Below are positions 24,380-41,144 of a stretch of 64,000 nucleotides of DNA, one piece after another. Source of the stretch: Octopus sinensis (taxonomy: Eukaryota); assembly GCF_006345805.1 (NCBI RefSeq), contig NC_043000.1, positions 105,090,001 through 105,154,000 of the forward strand, in the 5' to 3' direction. The notes under the pieces were generated by a model. That model ran no database searches. It saw only the letters and a program-made list of their open reading frames with translations, and had not been told where the DNA came from. The translations under genes were made by a program, and so were the position numbers. How positions within the stretch are numbered: position 1 is the stretch's first letter; each line of letters opens with the position of its first letter.

Positions 24380-24595
24380 CTTCTATATTTGCTGTCGCTG
24401 CCGATCTGCTACTGCTGTTGTTGTTGTTGTTGTTGCTGTCGTTGAGTGTTTTTGTTGTTTACCGTCACTGAAATTATGAATATGTCCAGTGCCCTCATGA
24501 TGACGCATTCGTACAAATACCAACATGTCATCATCATCGTCGTCGTCCTCGTCGTCATAATTCATCATCAACGTCGTCGTCGTCGTCATCATCAC

Positions 24596-24656
<61 letters not shown>

Positions 24657-24945
24657 GTCGTCGTCATCGACATTGTCGTCGTTGTCATCATCTTCGTCGT
24701 CGTCATCCTCATGATCATGATCATCATCGTCGTCGTCCTCATCATCATAATTCATCATCAACATCATCATCGTCATCGTCGTCATCATCATCATCATCAT
24801 CGACATTGTCATCATCCTCGTCGTCGTCATCATTGTCATCACCATCATCGTCATCACCATCATCGTCATCATCAACATCATCCTCATCATCATCATCATC
24901 ATCATCGCCATCGTCAGTATCGTTACGTCATCATCGTCGTCTGTT
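24380..24945. repeat. Long degenerate (GTT)/(CAT/CGT)n trinucleotide tract with internal re-duplication
   Basis: Directly visible; the motif cataattcatcatcaac occurs twice (~24556 and ~24746). Source of the poly-H/S/D/M ORFs. Confidence 0.95.
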
Positions 24946-26329
24946 TCATTGTTCATGATTTGTTGTCGTTTTGCTTTTGTTATTATTTTGCAGGTCATCG
25001 CTGTTGACTTTAAAAGTGTTGGTAATTTTATTGTTAGTTCAATTAGATCAAATACATATATCATGTACGTGTCTGTACACCGTCTATACACTGCATACAT
25101 ACGTACGTGCATGAATGCATACATACATACATACACACATGTTTTTACTCATGTGTGCACGTATGTGTGTGCGCGCTTGAGAGGGGGTTGATGACATAGA
25201 GAGCAAGACAACACGCACACATACACACACACACATATATACGCACCAGACATGTACATCTACAACCAGGCATATCACCAAAGAGCAGCAGGCTAATGGA
25301 ATAGTTTAAAAGACAATGTAATATTCGTGTACTTAATTAGATCAACGAGCAAGATGATGTACAATAAAACACACAACAATGATAGGGAGGTAAAAGGGTG
25401 AAGTGGGAGATATGAAGATGACGTGGGCGATAGCAAGGTGAAGTAGGGGGTAAAACGAGAAAAATGAGAGGTAGGAGGTTGAGGTGGGAGAATCAGAAAG
25501 AAAGGAAAGTGGAGTGGAGTGTTTGAAAGGATAAGGTAGATTTCTAGATAACAGTATGGGAATGTCGTATATGTGTTATGTTAGGTTGTGGTGCGGCGGC
25601 TGCGACGGAAACGAAAGCACTAATAACGAAAACAACTTTAACATTGACAATAACGACAACAACAACGATGAGAACATCGGTAATAACAACAAGAACTGAC
25701 CTGGAGCTAAACAATGATAGTAACGACAGCGACAACTTTAACAACAGCGACATCTATAACAGCAACACCAGAAACAAGAACAACAAATAAATAGCGACAA
25801 CAATGATAACAACAGCAACAACGACAACAACAACAATAACAATCGACCTGGAACTGAAAATAACAGCATCAGTATTAAGAATTTACAACAACAGTAGTAG
25901 CAGCAGCAACGATAAGGAGAATGGTAACAGCAACATCAACAGTAACAGCAGAAACATCTGTAATAAAAATAGCAGTGATAACATCAATAACACAAACAAA
26001 ATTACACCAAGACTAATTATAATGACTCCTACTCCTGGATTGTATCTTACTGGTCTTGGCCTACCTCCACCGAAACACTCCCACCTCATTTACTTTGTCT
26101 TCTTACTCATATTGTATCATCTCTAACCCTACACTAACTGATACACTTAGTCCCTCTTTTCCTGAACATTGGTCTCCGAGATTCTGCAATCGTTGGTTTT
26201 TGTTTTTGTTTTTGCTTTTTATTTTATTTTCTGCAGTTGTAGTTTTCCACCAGTTGAGGAGGTATCCTTTCGATACCAACTCGTCCAAGACAGCCCCTGC
26301 TTCTATGATGCAAACTCATATATAAAGTG

Positions 26330-26488
26330 ACATAAATCAAAATTTCTTATTAAAATCTCACGTTGATTTATGTTCCAATCCCCAGTTTAATAATGACCAA
26401 TATATTTTATTAAATTCTTCATTGTTTACAACATTAATTGAAATAAAGAGGGTGTATTTCAAGAGAAATTCGGTAACTAAAGGGTTAA
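26330..26488 (+). mobile_element. End fragment of a probable piggyBac-type MITE
   Basis: AT-rich segment ending ggtaactaaAGGG|TTAA. Confidence 0.35.
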
Positions 26489-26696
26489 CAATGACAAACT
26501 AAGCAATCTAGGAGGGACTGTAGCGGCCTACCGAACTTTCTACTTATAAGACGATGGGTACACTGCCCTGAATCAAAGTGAAACGTAAACAAATGCTTGT
26601 CAATAATCGGTACTATTCGGCAATAATCGACAATTGCAGTAATTTTGAAGACTTGCAAAGGACATAGAAATATCCTCCGCACCTACACTAAAATGA

Positions 26697-29238
<2,542 letters not shown>

Positions 29239-29741
29239 AAGTTTTGGCTTCCAATAATGTATACACACAAATACACATACACACACACACACACACACAC
29301 CACACACACACACACAGACACATAAATACGTATGTACGTGTGTATGTATGTATTATATATGTATATATGTGTGTATGTATGCATTATGTATGTATGTATG
29401 TATGTATGTATGTATGTATGTATGTATGTATGTATGTATGTATGTATGTATGTATGTATGTATGTATGTACGTATGTATGTATGTACATGAAATTATAAC
29501 AAAAACCACAAAACATTTTGTGGAAAATCAGCTGCCCATGTTTTCCTGGCCGAAAAATTAATTTATTTCGCCATTTATCAAGATGGCTTTTACCAGCTTC
29601 ATAAATGGTGAACTAAATTAATATTTGAGCCAAGAAGCCGTCGATACTTGTACTTTTGGGGTTTTATTATATCACATACATACACAGATGCATACACACA
29701 CATACATACATACATACATACATACATACATACATACATAC

Positions 29742-29815
<74 letters not shown>

Positions 29816-29827
29816 CTTTATTTGATA

Positions 29828-30410
29828 TAGGCACAAGATTGGCTGTGTGGTAAGTAGCTTGCTTATCAACCACATTGTTCCGGCTTCAGTTCCACTGCGT
29901 GACACCTTTGGCAAGTGTTGTCTACTATAGCCTCGGGCCGACCAAAACCTTGTGAGTTGATTTGGCTGACGGAAACTGAAAGAAGCCCGTCGTATATATA
30001 TATATAAATTTATAAATAAGGATAATACCGATATTATCAAGTGGCCAGCATGGGAATAAATACCATACAAAGGTAATAATTTTTTACAACTATAAATGAG
30101 GGTATCTGAGAGACAGCATCATGCCGAGAGATACCACCATGGTGGTGTCTCTCAGATATCCTTATTTATAGTTCTATATATATATATATGAACTAATATT
30201 TGTGTTTGCCCCCCCCCCTCACAACATCGCTTGACAACCGATGCTTGTTTGTTTATGTCCCCGTAACTTAGCGGTTCGGTAAAAGAGACGGATAGAATAA
30301 GTACTAGACTTAAAAAGAATAAATCCTGGTGTCGATTTGCTCGACTAAAGGTGGTCCTCTAGCACGGCCACAGCCAAATGACTGAAACAAGTAAAAGAAT
30401 AAAAGAATAT
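29828..30410 (+). mobile_element. SINE family B interrupted in its central microsatellite by a ~200-bp hairpin-bearing insert
   Basis: Head 29828-29995 and tail 30205-30410; the insert contains the inverted repeat 30088-30173. Confidence 0.85.
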
Positions 30411-31180
30411 ATATATACACGCGCACACACACAAACACACACACAAACACACACATACAGAGTTTACAGTTCGCATCAAGCAACTTCAACTGAAAAAAGT
30501 ACTCTAACCACTGGGAGACAAATATCATTTAATGTACATAATGTAAAGATATGAGTTACTAATAGTTTCATGCTTTGGAAACACGGGTCTAGGCATGTTT
30601 TTAAAATACGCTTTGCGTCACCAAGTAATTTGCGGGTTCTGAGTACATATTCTGCACAATTTGTGAACGGTGGTACAGATTGCAATACGTAATGTGACAG
30701 AATTTATAGTCTTTTTTAATCATAGATTACTGCAATTGTGCCACGAGCACACACGTGCGCGTAAACTCGGACACTCAGACAACCACACACACGCGCGCAC
30801 ACAAACAAGCTAAAGGCATACACTGGTACACATATTTAAACAGTTTCGAAGATATACTTTCGCGCGGTAGGATGTGATAGAGCAAATAAGATAAGATTTT
30901 TTTAAAGAAAGCATACTTTCTAAATACCTTGCATCGTTTTCTGAATCACTCAAAATTCAATCATGCTACGAAGTATAATTTATAACAAACTGGTTGAAAC
31001 TACACACCCTACAAAATGTACTTGGACTTTCTGAAGCTTTTTACAAGTTGGTTTCAGCTGACCGTTTGGAATTATCTGTACTCTAGCATCAGCTTTGAGT
31101 ACTTATTCTCCGAATCCGTTACGTCTAACGTAAGTAAATATATACATACATACATCCATTCACATACACACAGATACATG

Positions 31181-31227
<47 letters not shown>

Positions 31228-31712
31228 TGTGTGTGTGTGTGTGTGTAGAAGGTTGATATAATACATATTATGTGAGTGTATAATATGTATTATATTCGTA
31301 CTCACAGTAACAAGTACACAAGTATATACACAGTGAAATACACATGTCTTAAGGAATGAACACATGTCTATTATACAGGCATAATGTAACATCCCAACAC
31401 ACTTACCATTCCATCCAAGACTCTGCTCCAAGCACTATAGTTTGATAATCCATCATCGATGTTTGCCCCATTTCTTTACTGCTGTTCCAACAGCTGAATG
31501 TATATCAACACGGACTGAAACAATGAATCGCTAGGCAATTGATGGCTCGGTTTTGTCTAAATTTACTATAAAGTCAGTAATAAATCTGTCTGAATGTATA
31601 TCCGCCTGTCTTCCTGTGTCTTTGTATATTTTATGGCTATATCTCGCTAGCTAATGAGATATATATAATATAATATATGTGGAAGCACACACATACATAT
31701 ATACATACATGC

Positions 31713-32310
<598 letters not shown>

Positions 32311-33364
32311 CGTACACACAAAATAGCGCATACCTGCGTACATACACAGAAAATGTCACACACAAAGCATCAGACATTTATAATGGACTCTGTCGATTTC
32401 GAAAAATGAGTATACAGTAGTTCGATGAAGTGGTGACCTACTTATTGAATTAACGTTTGAAGTGGCTGAGTATTCTACAGCCACGTGTGCCCCTTAACGT
32501 AATTTTCACATGAAGAATCAGTGTGACATAATGTGAACAGGCTTGAGCTTTTTAGTTCCAGGTACGAATTTCTGATCAATTTCTGTCTGGCGAGTTTAAC
32601 TCACAAAACTTGAGCCGACCAGAATTAATAGTAAAACCATTTGCCCAAGTTACCATGCTTGACGATTAAGCATAAGGACTCCTGGTGGAAAACGATCTTA
32701 GTTATTCAATCATGTATATATGCTTATGTCCTTATATACGGACCCCACCAACACACACACAAATTTGATTATGTATTTATATATGCATGCATACAGACAC
32801 ACATATATGCACGCACTCAAAAACGTATGTATATTTCTTTGCAAATCATTTAAAGTATTAATTTTTTCCTTTCCGGAATTAAGTCTAGTCACCAACTAAT
32901 TGGTAAGGCTCCCTTCTTTAAGTCAAGAGAGTTTTTGATGACTGTGGTGACCTGAAGTGGTCAATGCACGCATGTAGGTTTTGCGTGTATTTGTGTATAT
33001 GTCAATAATCCTACAGTCATGGGTTTGCGTGTTACAAAATAACATCTGTGTGTATTTCATTACTGTGTATGTTCGTGTTCATATGTATTCCATACATATC
33101 TGTGATTAAATGCTTATGTGCACCGAAGAACATCAAATGGAGAATCCCAGAATTGTTTTACAAATTTTCAGTGTTCCTCTGATCGACCGTATCTGGAGAA
33201 AGCATATCAGTTTGCTCTCTTCGTTTTTGGTGAAGCCAAATTTTCTAGGTTTCTGTGGAACTTTGTTGCTACGTAGCTCAGTAAATCTATGATAATAGGA
33301 ACAAATGAAAATTTGTAGTCTGAATATAAGAGACATAGGTTTCTCATTATTTCTTTAAGGCAAC

Positions 33365-33760
33365 GAAATGACAGAATCGTTAGCAGTTCTGTTGTGCTTA
33401 CATTGTATTGAGGTCTTCATTGGTACATTCCACCAGTATTCCTTTTTATTATGAGTGGCTATGACTTCTACTATACTGTGGATTTTTATTTCTTTGTCCT
33501 TAGGATTATCCTTCCGACAGATTTCATTATAAAGTGTCCTAACTACAACGTCATGTCTCATCAGTAGATAATACTGTGATGACATTTTCGGACAACTGCT
33601 TATGATGTGGGTGATATCTTCAGTGTGAACTCCAAAAAGTCAGCATCAGTTGTCACATTTTACTTCTTTTGCCGCATGCCTACCCCTTTTCTGCATCAGG
33701 TTGATATTTCCCGTTCGTGGATTATAAATGCATACTCTTCAAAGTGTGAGGTAATAATCC
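33365..33760 (-). mobile_element. Second R4/Dong-like RLE LINE fragment
   Basis: Minus strand reads ITSHFEEYAFIIHEREIST, then C*LFGVHTEDITHIISSCPKMSSQYYLLMRHDVVVRTLYNEICRK...EYWWNVPMKTSIQCKHNR (knuckle, RHD, WW..P, KHNR(PD)). Cut before the PD by a SINE-head fragment. Confidence 0.8.
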
Positions 33761-34497
33761 GGCTATTCTTCAATGATAAACTGCTTTGATGATATTACTA
33801 TCATCACGGAGTTTTCTGCTAACATATTCCTATGTATGTATGTATGTATGTATGTATGTATGTATGTATGTATGTATGAATGTATGGATGTATGAATGTA
33901 TGTATGTATGTATATATGTATGTATGCATGCATATATATGTCCGTGTGTGTGTATATGAATGTATGTTTATATAAATTTATATACTTGCATGCACATATA
34001 TATATATACAACACACATACATATCACATAAGCAAGCTAGCTAGATATAGCCATAAAATAGAGAAAGATGCAGCAAGACTGGTGGATATACATTCAGACA
34101 GATTTATTACTGGCTTTATAGTAAATTTAGACAAAACCAAACCATCAATTGCCTAGAGATTCATTGTTCCAGTCCGTGTTGATATACATTCAGCTATCGG
34201 AACGGCAGTAAAGAAATGGGGCAAACATCGATGATGGATTGTCAAACTATAGTGGTTTGGAACGGAGTCTGAGATGGAATGGTGTGTTGGGATGTTACAT
34301 TATGTCTGGATAATAGACATGTGTTCATTCCTTAAGACATGTGCAAGCCACTGTGAGTATACATGTGTACTTGTCATGTGTATTAATATAATACATATCA
34401 TTCTCACACATAATATGTATTATACACACACAGGCACACAAATATAGATACACACACATATACATACATTATATTCATACATACATATTATATATAT

Positions 34498-34540
<43 letters not shown>

Positions 34541-34570
34541 TATATGTGTATATATATATACACACACACA

Positions 34571-35843
34571 CAGGGGTTGGACAAAATAATGGAAACACCG
34601 AGTATCATAGCATCATAACTTTCAAATATCTATAAAATCCTCAAAAGCTTTTTTATTTTTGTGTTTTTTTATTTATCATTAGTGTTGCTTAATATGTTTT
34701 GCTAAAATTGCTGCTTCTTTTCAGATATCATCAGAAAAAGGTAATTAAAATTCATTAAAATGACAGATCTATCGGACTTTCAAGGAGGTCAAATTGTTGG
34801 TGCTCGTATGTCAGGCGCTAGTGTAACGAAAACAGCCGAAATGTTTGGTGTATCAAGAAATACTCTCTCGAAAGTAATGACAGCCTTTCAAAAAAAGGGA
34901 AAAACCTCCTCGTTGAAACAAAACTCCGGAAGAAAACCAAAACTTTCAGATAAGGACCGTCGGACTCTTACACGAATTGTTAGGAAGCATCACAAAAGTA
35001 CAGCTCCCAAAACTACTGCAGAGCTTAATGACTACCTCGAGAACCCAGTTTCCACAAAAACTGTTCGTCGGGAGCTGCACATAGCTGGATTTCACGGGAG
35101 GGCTGTAATCAGAAAACCACTACTTTCAAAAACGAACATTGCAAAGCGTTTAGAGTGGAGTAAAAACCTACAGAATTGGTCCTTGGTGCAGTGGAAGAAT
35201 GTTATTCTCTCAGACGAGTTATCCTTTACTTTATTTCCGACTACCGGCCGAGTATACGTGTGGATACAGCCAAAAGAAGCAGTTGACCCAGACTGCATTC
35301 TTCCAGCTGTTAAACATGGAGGAGGATCTGTGATGATCTGGCGGGGTAATATCTTGGAAATCCGCTGGCCCAGTGGATTCCCTTCATGGCAGAATTAATA
35401 GTCAAGACTATTTAAGAATTTTATCTGATCAAATTCATCGTATGTTTGCGGAACTGTTTCCGGAGAGAACCCAATCTTTCAGGATGATAATGCACCAATT
35501 CACACAGCTAAGGTTGTTACTGAATAGCACGAGAAACATTCTAGTGAAGTTGAACATCTTATCTGACCACCACAGTTCCCAGACCTCAATATTATTGAAC
35601 ATTTGTGGTGCATTGTAGAAAAACAAGTAAGGAGTCAATATCCTTCACCATCACCACTACAAGAACTGGAAACTGTTTTAGCTGAAGAATGGACAAAAAT
35701 TCCTTTGGAAACAATTTAAACTTTGTTCGAATCCATACCTCATAGAATTCAAGCTGTAATTACTACCAAAGGTGGTCCTACCCCATATTAAAATAAATTT
35801 GTTTGAAATTTTAAGGTGTTTCCATTATTTTGTCCAACCCCTG
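34571..35843 (+). mobile_element. Full-length (1273 bp) Tc1-like DNA transposon with 29-bp perfect TIRs; DD36E (Incomer-like) spacing
   Basis: TIR caggggttggacaaaataatggaaacacc (34571-34599) and its exact reverse complement (35815-35843). The TA target duplication is eroded (flanks ca / cg within microsatellite). Confidence 0.95.
34760..35791 (+). pseudogene. Disabled Tc1-family transposase
   Basis: Paired-like HTH, GRKPKLS linker, WKNVILSDE (D1), KHGGGSVMIW, FQDDNAPIH (D2), PDLNIIEHLW (E), IQAVITTKGGPTPY*. Frameshifts near 35345 and 35470; in-frame stops at three positions, two of them where Trp is expected. Confidence 0.93.
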
Positions 35844-36955
35844 CGTGTATATATATATACATACATGTATGCTTGTATTGTTACGTGTATGTGCTGAACA
35901 AAATCGTTAGCGTGTCGGAGAAAGTGCTTGGCAGTATTTCGTCTTTTCGGGGGGGGGGGGGGGCAATGAAATAAGTACGAATTGAGTGCTGGAGCTGATA
36001 TAATCGACTAGTCCTTCCCACCAAATTTCCAGTCTTGTGGCTATAATATTGCTAATGTCTCAACACAACAGTTGTCATTTATATTTGTGTTTATGTGTGG
36101 ACGTACCTATACATGCATATGTGGGGGGGTCATGTACATATGCATGCATACTACATGAACCTATAATTGTATATGTGCATGGGTGTATATATATATGCAT
36201 ATGACAAAACAAGGAACATGCACGAAGGTGTGAATAAATGAGTTAATGCGTTTTCGAGTCATATAAATATAGATGCATATCTAATGGTTTAACTCTGTCC
36301 ATATGCACACACACACAAACAGACATAAAGGTATGCAGATATTGCAGATACACGCCCGCGCGCACAAATGCACACACATCGGCTGTTAGGGTTATCAGTA
36401 TCTCTCTCTCTCTCCGTCTTACTTCTTACACATGTGTGTGAGTATGTGTGTGTATGAGTGTATACATAGAAGCATATATAATCATTCATACATATGTATG
36501 TATATGTATGTATGTATGTATGTATGTATGCATATATATATATATATATACACTCACAAACACACTCACGCACATACATATTATGCATACGTATATGTAT
36601 TGAGTTGACAGACACCATATACACGTGGTGTGTTGTATATTTGCGCACGTGTCAAACGATGACGCTCGGCTTAATGGTGAATTGATGTCGATGGTTATGG
36701 TTCTTGGTGGCGGTGGCGGTGCAGAAGGTAATGATGGTGTTGATGATGATGGTGTTGGTGACGGTGGTCATAGTCGTACTGTTGCTGATCGCGGTGGTAG
36801 TAGTGGTTGTGGCGATTATAGTGGTAGAGGTGGTTGAGGCAGTAGTATTATTATCTATGACTCATACATCAAGTTGCCGGCAGCATCCTACGAACGGCAG
36901 CAGTACAATATGCAATTGACGCCTGTATTGAAAGAAACACACACACACACGCACA

Positions 36956-36993
<38 letters not shown>

Positions 36994-37684
36994 ACACACA
37001 CACACGCATACACACACACACACACTCATGTGCGCGCGTCCATACACACAGCTATTTCGCCATCACAATCACTGCAACTTGCACCACAGTATCATCACTA
37101 TCACAACTGCAGCCTGCGCCAACACGCCACCACTATCACAACTGTAGCCTGCACCACGCTATTATCGAACAGCTATCATCCCTCTCCACCGCAACACAGT
37201 TTGATGATCCAACGAAGGAGTCTCTACATGGTCTCTCGACAAGCTGCAAATAGCAGCTGAATTCCTTCAAATATACGCTACAATCTTGCGAATACAAGAT
37301 ACACAAACCAGGATGATCATGGATGGAATGCCTTCAATCAATCACTGGTTTGTTCAGTCAGGTCAGACCGGGCTTAAACAACAATGGCAGTAGCAGCAGC
37401 AGCAGCAGCAGCAGTAGCAGCAGCAGTAGCAGCAGTAGCACTAACAGCACCAGCAGTAGCACCAGCAGCGGCGGCGGTGGCAAACTTACTGTCTTAGAAA
37501 AGAAAGATACAATGGATTGTGTAGTCATAGATATATGTATGAGAAAAAAAAAAACAAAAAAAAACTGCGGAACTATCATATTTGGAATTACTTTGATAAT
37601 AGGCCTACTCAAAGTAGTCCTTGGGTTAAATGTCAACAACAAGCAGATCGAATAATGTGGTTCTACATATTCTATCGTTTACGC

Positions 37685-38340
37685 TTTTTATTTTTTACTT
37701 GTTTCAGTCATCCGACTGCATCCGTGCTGAGGCACCGGCTCGAAGGATCTTAGACAAACAACTCGACACCAGTACATTTTTTTTTCTCTTACACTTATTA
37801 TATCGGTCTCTATTTTTGCCGAACCACTTGGTTAAGAGGATGCAGAGCAGTGGTTTTCAACCAGGGTACATATGGCCCTTGGTGACCCCATATAAGATTT
37901 TGTTGTTAAAATTTATATGCAATAAATTGGTCATACTTCTTCATTACATTTAATATTTTCTTATACAATTTCTAATAATATGTAATTATAAAAATGTAAT
38001 AGGATTTTAAAAACTTCGAATGGCCATGGAAGCCCAGTAGAGTAAAATAGAAATTAAAGGAGTCCATAGACAAGAAATGGTTGAGGTGCACTGATGTAAA
38101 GGAACCAACACCGGCTGTCAAGCGATGGTGTGTGTGAGTGGGAGGGTCAAACACAAGCACAGGCACACACACACACACACATACACTATGTATACAACAG
38201 ACTTCCACAGTTTCCTTTCACCAAACCTACTCACAAGGTCTTGGTCTGCCCGAGGCTATAGAAGACACTTTCCCAAGGTGCCGCGCAGTGGGACTGAACC
38301 CAAAAGCAAGTGGTTAAGAAGCTCGCTTTATAACCACTTG
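37685..38340 (-). mobile_element. SINE family B split by a hAT MITE
   Basis: Tail 37685-37847 and remainder 38094-38340 are contiguous in the family consensus (..ggggacgtaaac..). Confidence 0.85.
37848..38093. mobile_element. 246-bp hAT (Charlie-type) MITE with 8-bp TSD
   Basis: Termini CAGTGGTTTTCAACC and GGTTGAGGTGCACTG resemble the CAGTGGTTCTCAACC-type TIR; flanks atgcagag / atgtaaag (6/8 match). Confidence 0.8.
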
Positions 38341-38379
38341 TTCCCTTATCAAGTACCTATAAACACGCACACACACGCA

Positions 38380-38421
<42 letters not shown>

Positions 38422-38942
38422 TTTCTCTCATTTTCTCTCTCTCTTTTTCGCGCACACATACACACACATAGACACACACTGGATGATCATATCAGAAACA
38501 TTCAAACAGAGTTGACTTGGAGGCAAGTAAGCAGAACAATAAACAGCAACAACCACCACTGCCTGCCTCTATTACACAATAACAGCTCGCCTCCGCATAG
38601 GCCACTCCCTACACAACCATCGCAACTACTTTAGACACTTCTATACTTTCAGTACACCAACAACATCGCCATCATGAATGCCACCATCCACAAGAACAAC
38701 CAGCACCACAACTGCCACTACCACAACTACCACCATCAAAACACCCACTACCATCACAACTACCACAACCGCTACAACCACCACCATCACCACCTCCGCA
38801 ACCACTAGCTCTACAGCTACCACTATCATTACTCCACATGCTTTACCATCTTTTCCCCCTCCAATTTTCTATTTATCAACTCCCTTTTCTTTCTTCCTTT
38901 CTCTTTGTGTTTGTGTGTCTGTCTCTCCCACCCTCCCTTACA

Positions 38943-38979
<37 letters not shown>

Positions 38980-40053
38980 TTACTCTTTCTTTTTCTCCTT
39001 TCTTTTTCCGTTTACTCATTCTTCCACTATTCCGATCCGTTTCCGCTCAGAAATATCGTCCCAGGTCACTCCGTACCACACAACTATTAAAAAAATCATC
39101 ACCACCACATCCACCATCTCTACCACCAGCACCAACACCATAGCCATCACAACCACCATCACCATCACTACCATCACAACCACTACCATCACAACCACCA
39201 TCACCATCACCACTACTCTCATCACCGCCATCACCACCACACATCTCTATCAATATTATCAACACTGCCACCATTGTCATCATCACCACCGTGCCATTAT
39301 CACCCTCCCCATTAATACCACCGTCACTACTACAACACTGTCAACATTACATCATCACTAACAACAACAACAACCATACATGCCATCTCCGTGGTTTCCC
39401 AAACTTCTAGAAATAGCAGCTAAATCTTATTCAATCTCACTCAAATCAAAACGTACCCTCTTAAACAAGAGGAGACAGACACGTTGGTTAAGATCGTCCT
39501 AGATACTACTAGGTCATGGATGTGGTGCGCTTTCTCATAGTTCTGCTGAATCAGGGTCTGAGCGGGACTAAGCAACACCATCAACGCCCTCAGCGCTAAA
39601 ATCCAACAACTTTGTCGGCCATTATCCCCTCAATCAAATCTGTCCTATCGTGTAATGTATATGCGTGTACGTAGTTATGTATCTGTGTGTATGTCTAAGT
39701 AGATGACTGTAGTAGAAGGATAAATGCTGTTTGAGAATATGTGCATGTCTGAAGATGCCTATGTAAGTGTGCATGTCTCTGTACATGTAGACATATGTAT
39801 ATGACTGTCTGTGCATAATTACGTATTTGTGTATGGAGCGTGTGTGTGTGAATGTATGCGCATGAGTGTCTGTGTCAGTATGGTCTTTGTCTGGATGCAT
39901 GCGAGTGTGCGCATTTGTGCGTTGGCACGCGCGAGATTTGGGTGAGTCAATGCATTTTTTTAGATTCTTGGTAAGCAGAGAACTTACATGTAATAATCTC
40001 TCGTGATTTATGCGCCAACCTATCTGTAAGGCTGGCTAAGTCTCTACTATCTG

Positions 40054-40166
<113 letters not shown>

Positions 40167-40534
40167 ATGTATGTATGTATGTCTATCTATCTATCTATCT
40201 AATTAACTATCTATCTCTCTTTTTCTATTTATCCATTTGTCTGTCTTTTTAACAATCTATTAATTCATTTGTTATCTACCTGTGCATCTAATTAGCTATT
40301 AGCCAGCTATCTACCTTTCTGTCAATTGATCAATCGGTCGATCTGGTGCTTAGCTAACTAGCTAGATAAGTATCACTTTATATGATTACACATAACAATC
40401 CTCAGGCGAGAACCCATCTGACGATCGCAGTGGCGTGAGAGGCTGCATAATACTATATTGTAGAATATGTTTTGTAAGTGTCCCTGCAACCTATACATTC
40501 ACCTACCTACACACAGATATACACATACATACAT

Positions 40535-40923
40535 ATTTTATTTGTTTCAGTCATTGGACCGAGGCTATACGGGTGCAACGCCATGACGGCCTTCTGTTGA
40601 ACGCGTCAACCAGTTTATTCATTTTTTAAAGCCTGGTACTTTTTCTATCTTTTTCTATTGCCGAACCACTATGTTACGGGGATATAAACAAACTAATATC
40701 GGTTGTCAAAGACAAACACACACACGCACACATACACACATGTGAGTGTACGTGCGCGACAAACTTCTTTCAGTTTCCGTCGACCAAATCCATCCACTCG
40801 CAAAGCTTTGGTTGGCGCGAGGCTATAGTAGAAGACACTTGCCCAAAGTACCATGCAGTGGAACTGAACCCGGATATATGCGGTTGAGAAGCAAACTTCT
40901 TACCACATACCCATGCCTGCGCC
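40535..40923 (-). mobile_element. Full-length SINE family B
   Basis: Minus strand starts ggcgcaggcatgggtatgtggtaagaagtttgcttc; same modular layout as 27010-27383. Confidence 0.88.
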
Positions 40924-40928
40924 ATATA

Positions 40929-41031
<103 letters not shown>

Positions 41032-41108
41032 GGGGAGGACAAAAGACGAAGACAGGTGGTGTAGAAAACAAACAGATGTATTAGTATAACGCTCAGGAAT
41101 TGAAAAGT

Positions 41109-41144
41109 CTTTTACGTTTCGAGCCAACGCTCTTCCACAGAAAG
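41109..41144 (-). ncRNA. Hammerhead-like motif with an 8-nt variant core, in a TA-flanked repeat (~41030-41165)
   Basis: CTTT-CTGTGGAA-GAGC-GTTG-GCTC-GAA-ACGT-A-AAAG; related to 57723-57757, with shared downstream ttcctgagcgt...taata. Confidence 0.4.

Noticed and set aside
24994-25021. 28-nt candidate exon (ttttgcAG...GTAATT)
   Set aside because: The acceptor tract is part of low-complexity sequence, the length is not frame-preserving and no partner exons were found.
24383-25136. Poly-His/Ser/Asp/Met ORFs
   Set aside because: Trinucleotide microsatellite open in multiple frames on both strands.
38678-39361. 227-aa Thr-rich mucin-like ORF
   Set aside because: Made of (ACC/ACT)n tracts joined by a (CT)n tract; no signal peptide or splice context.
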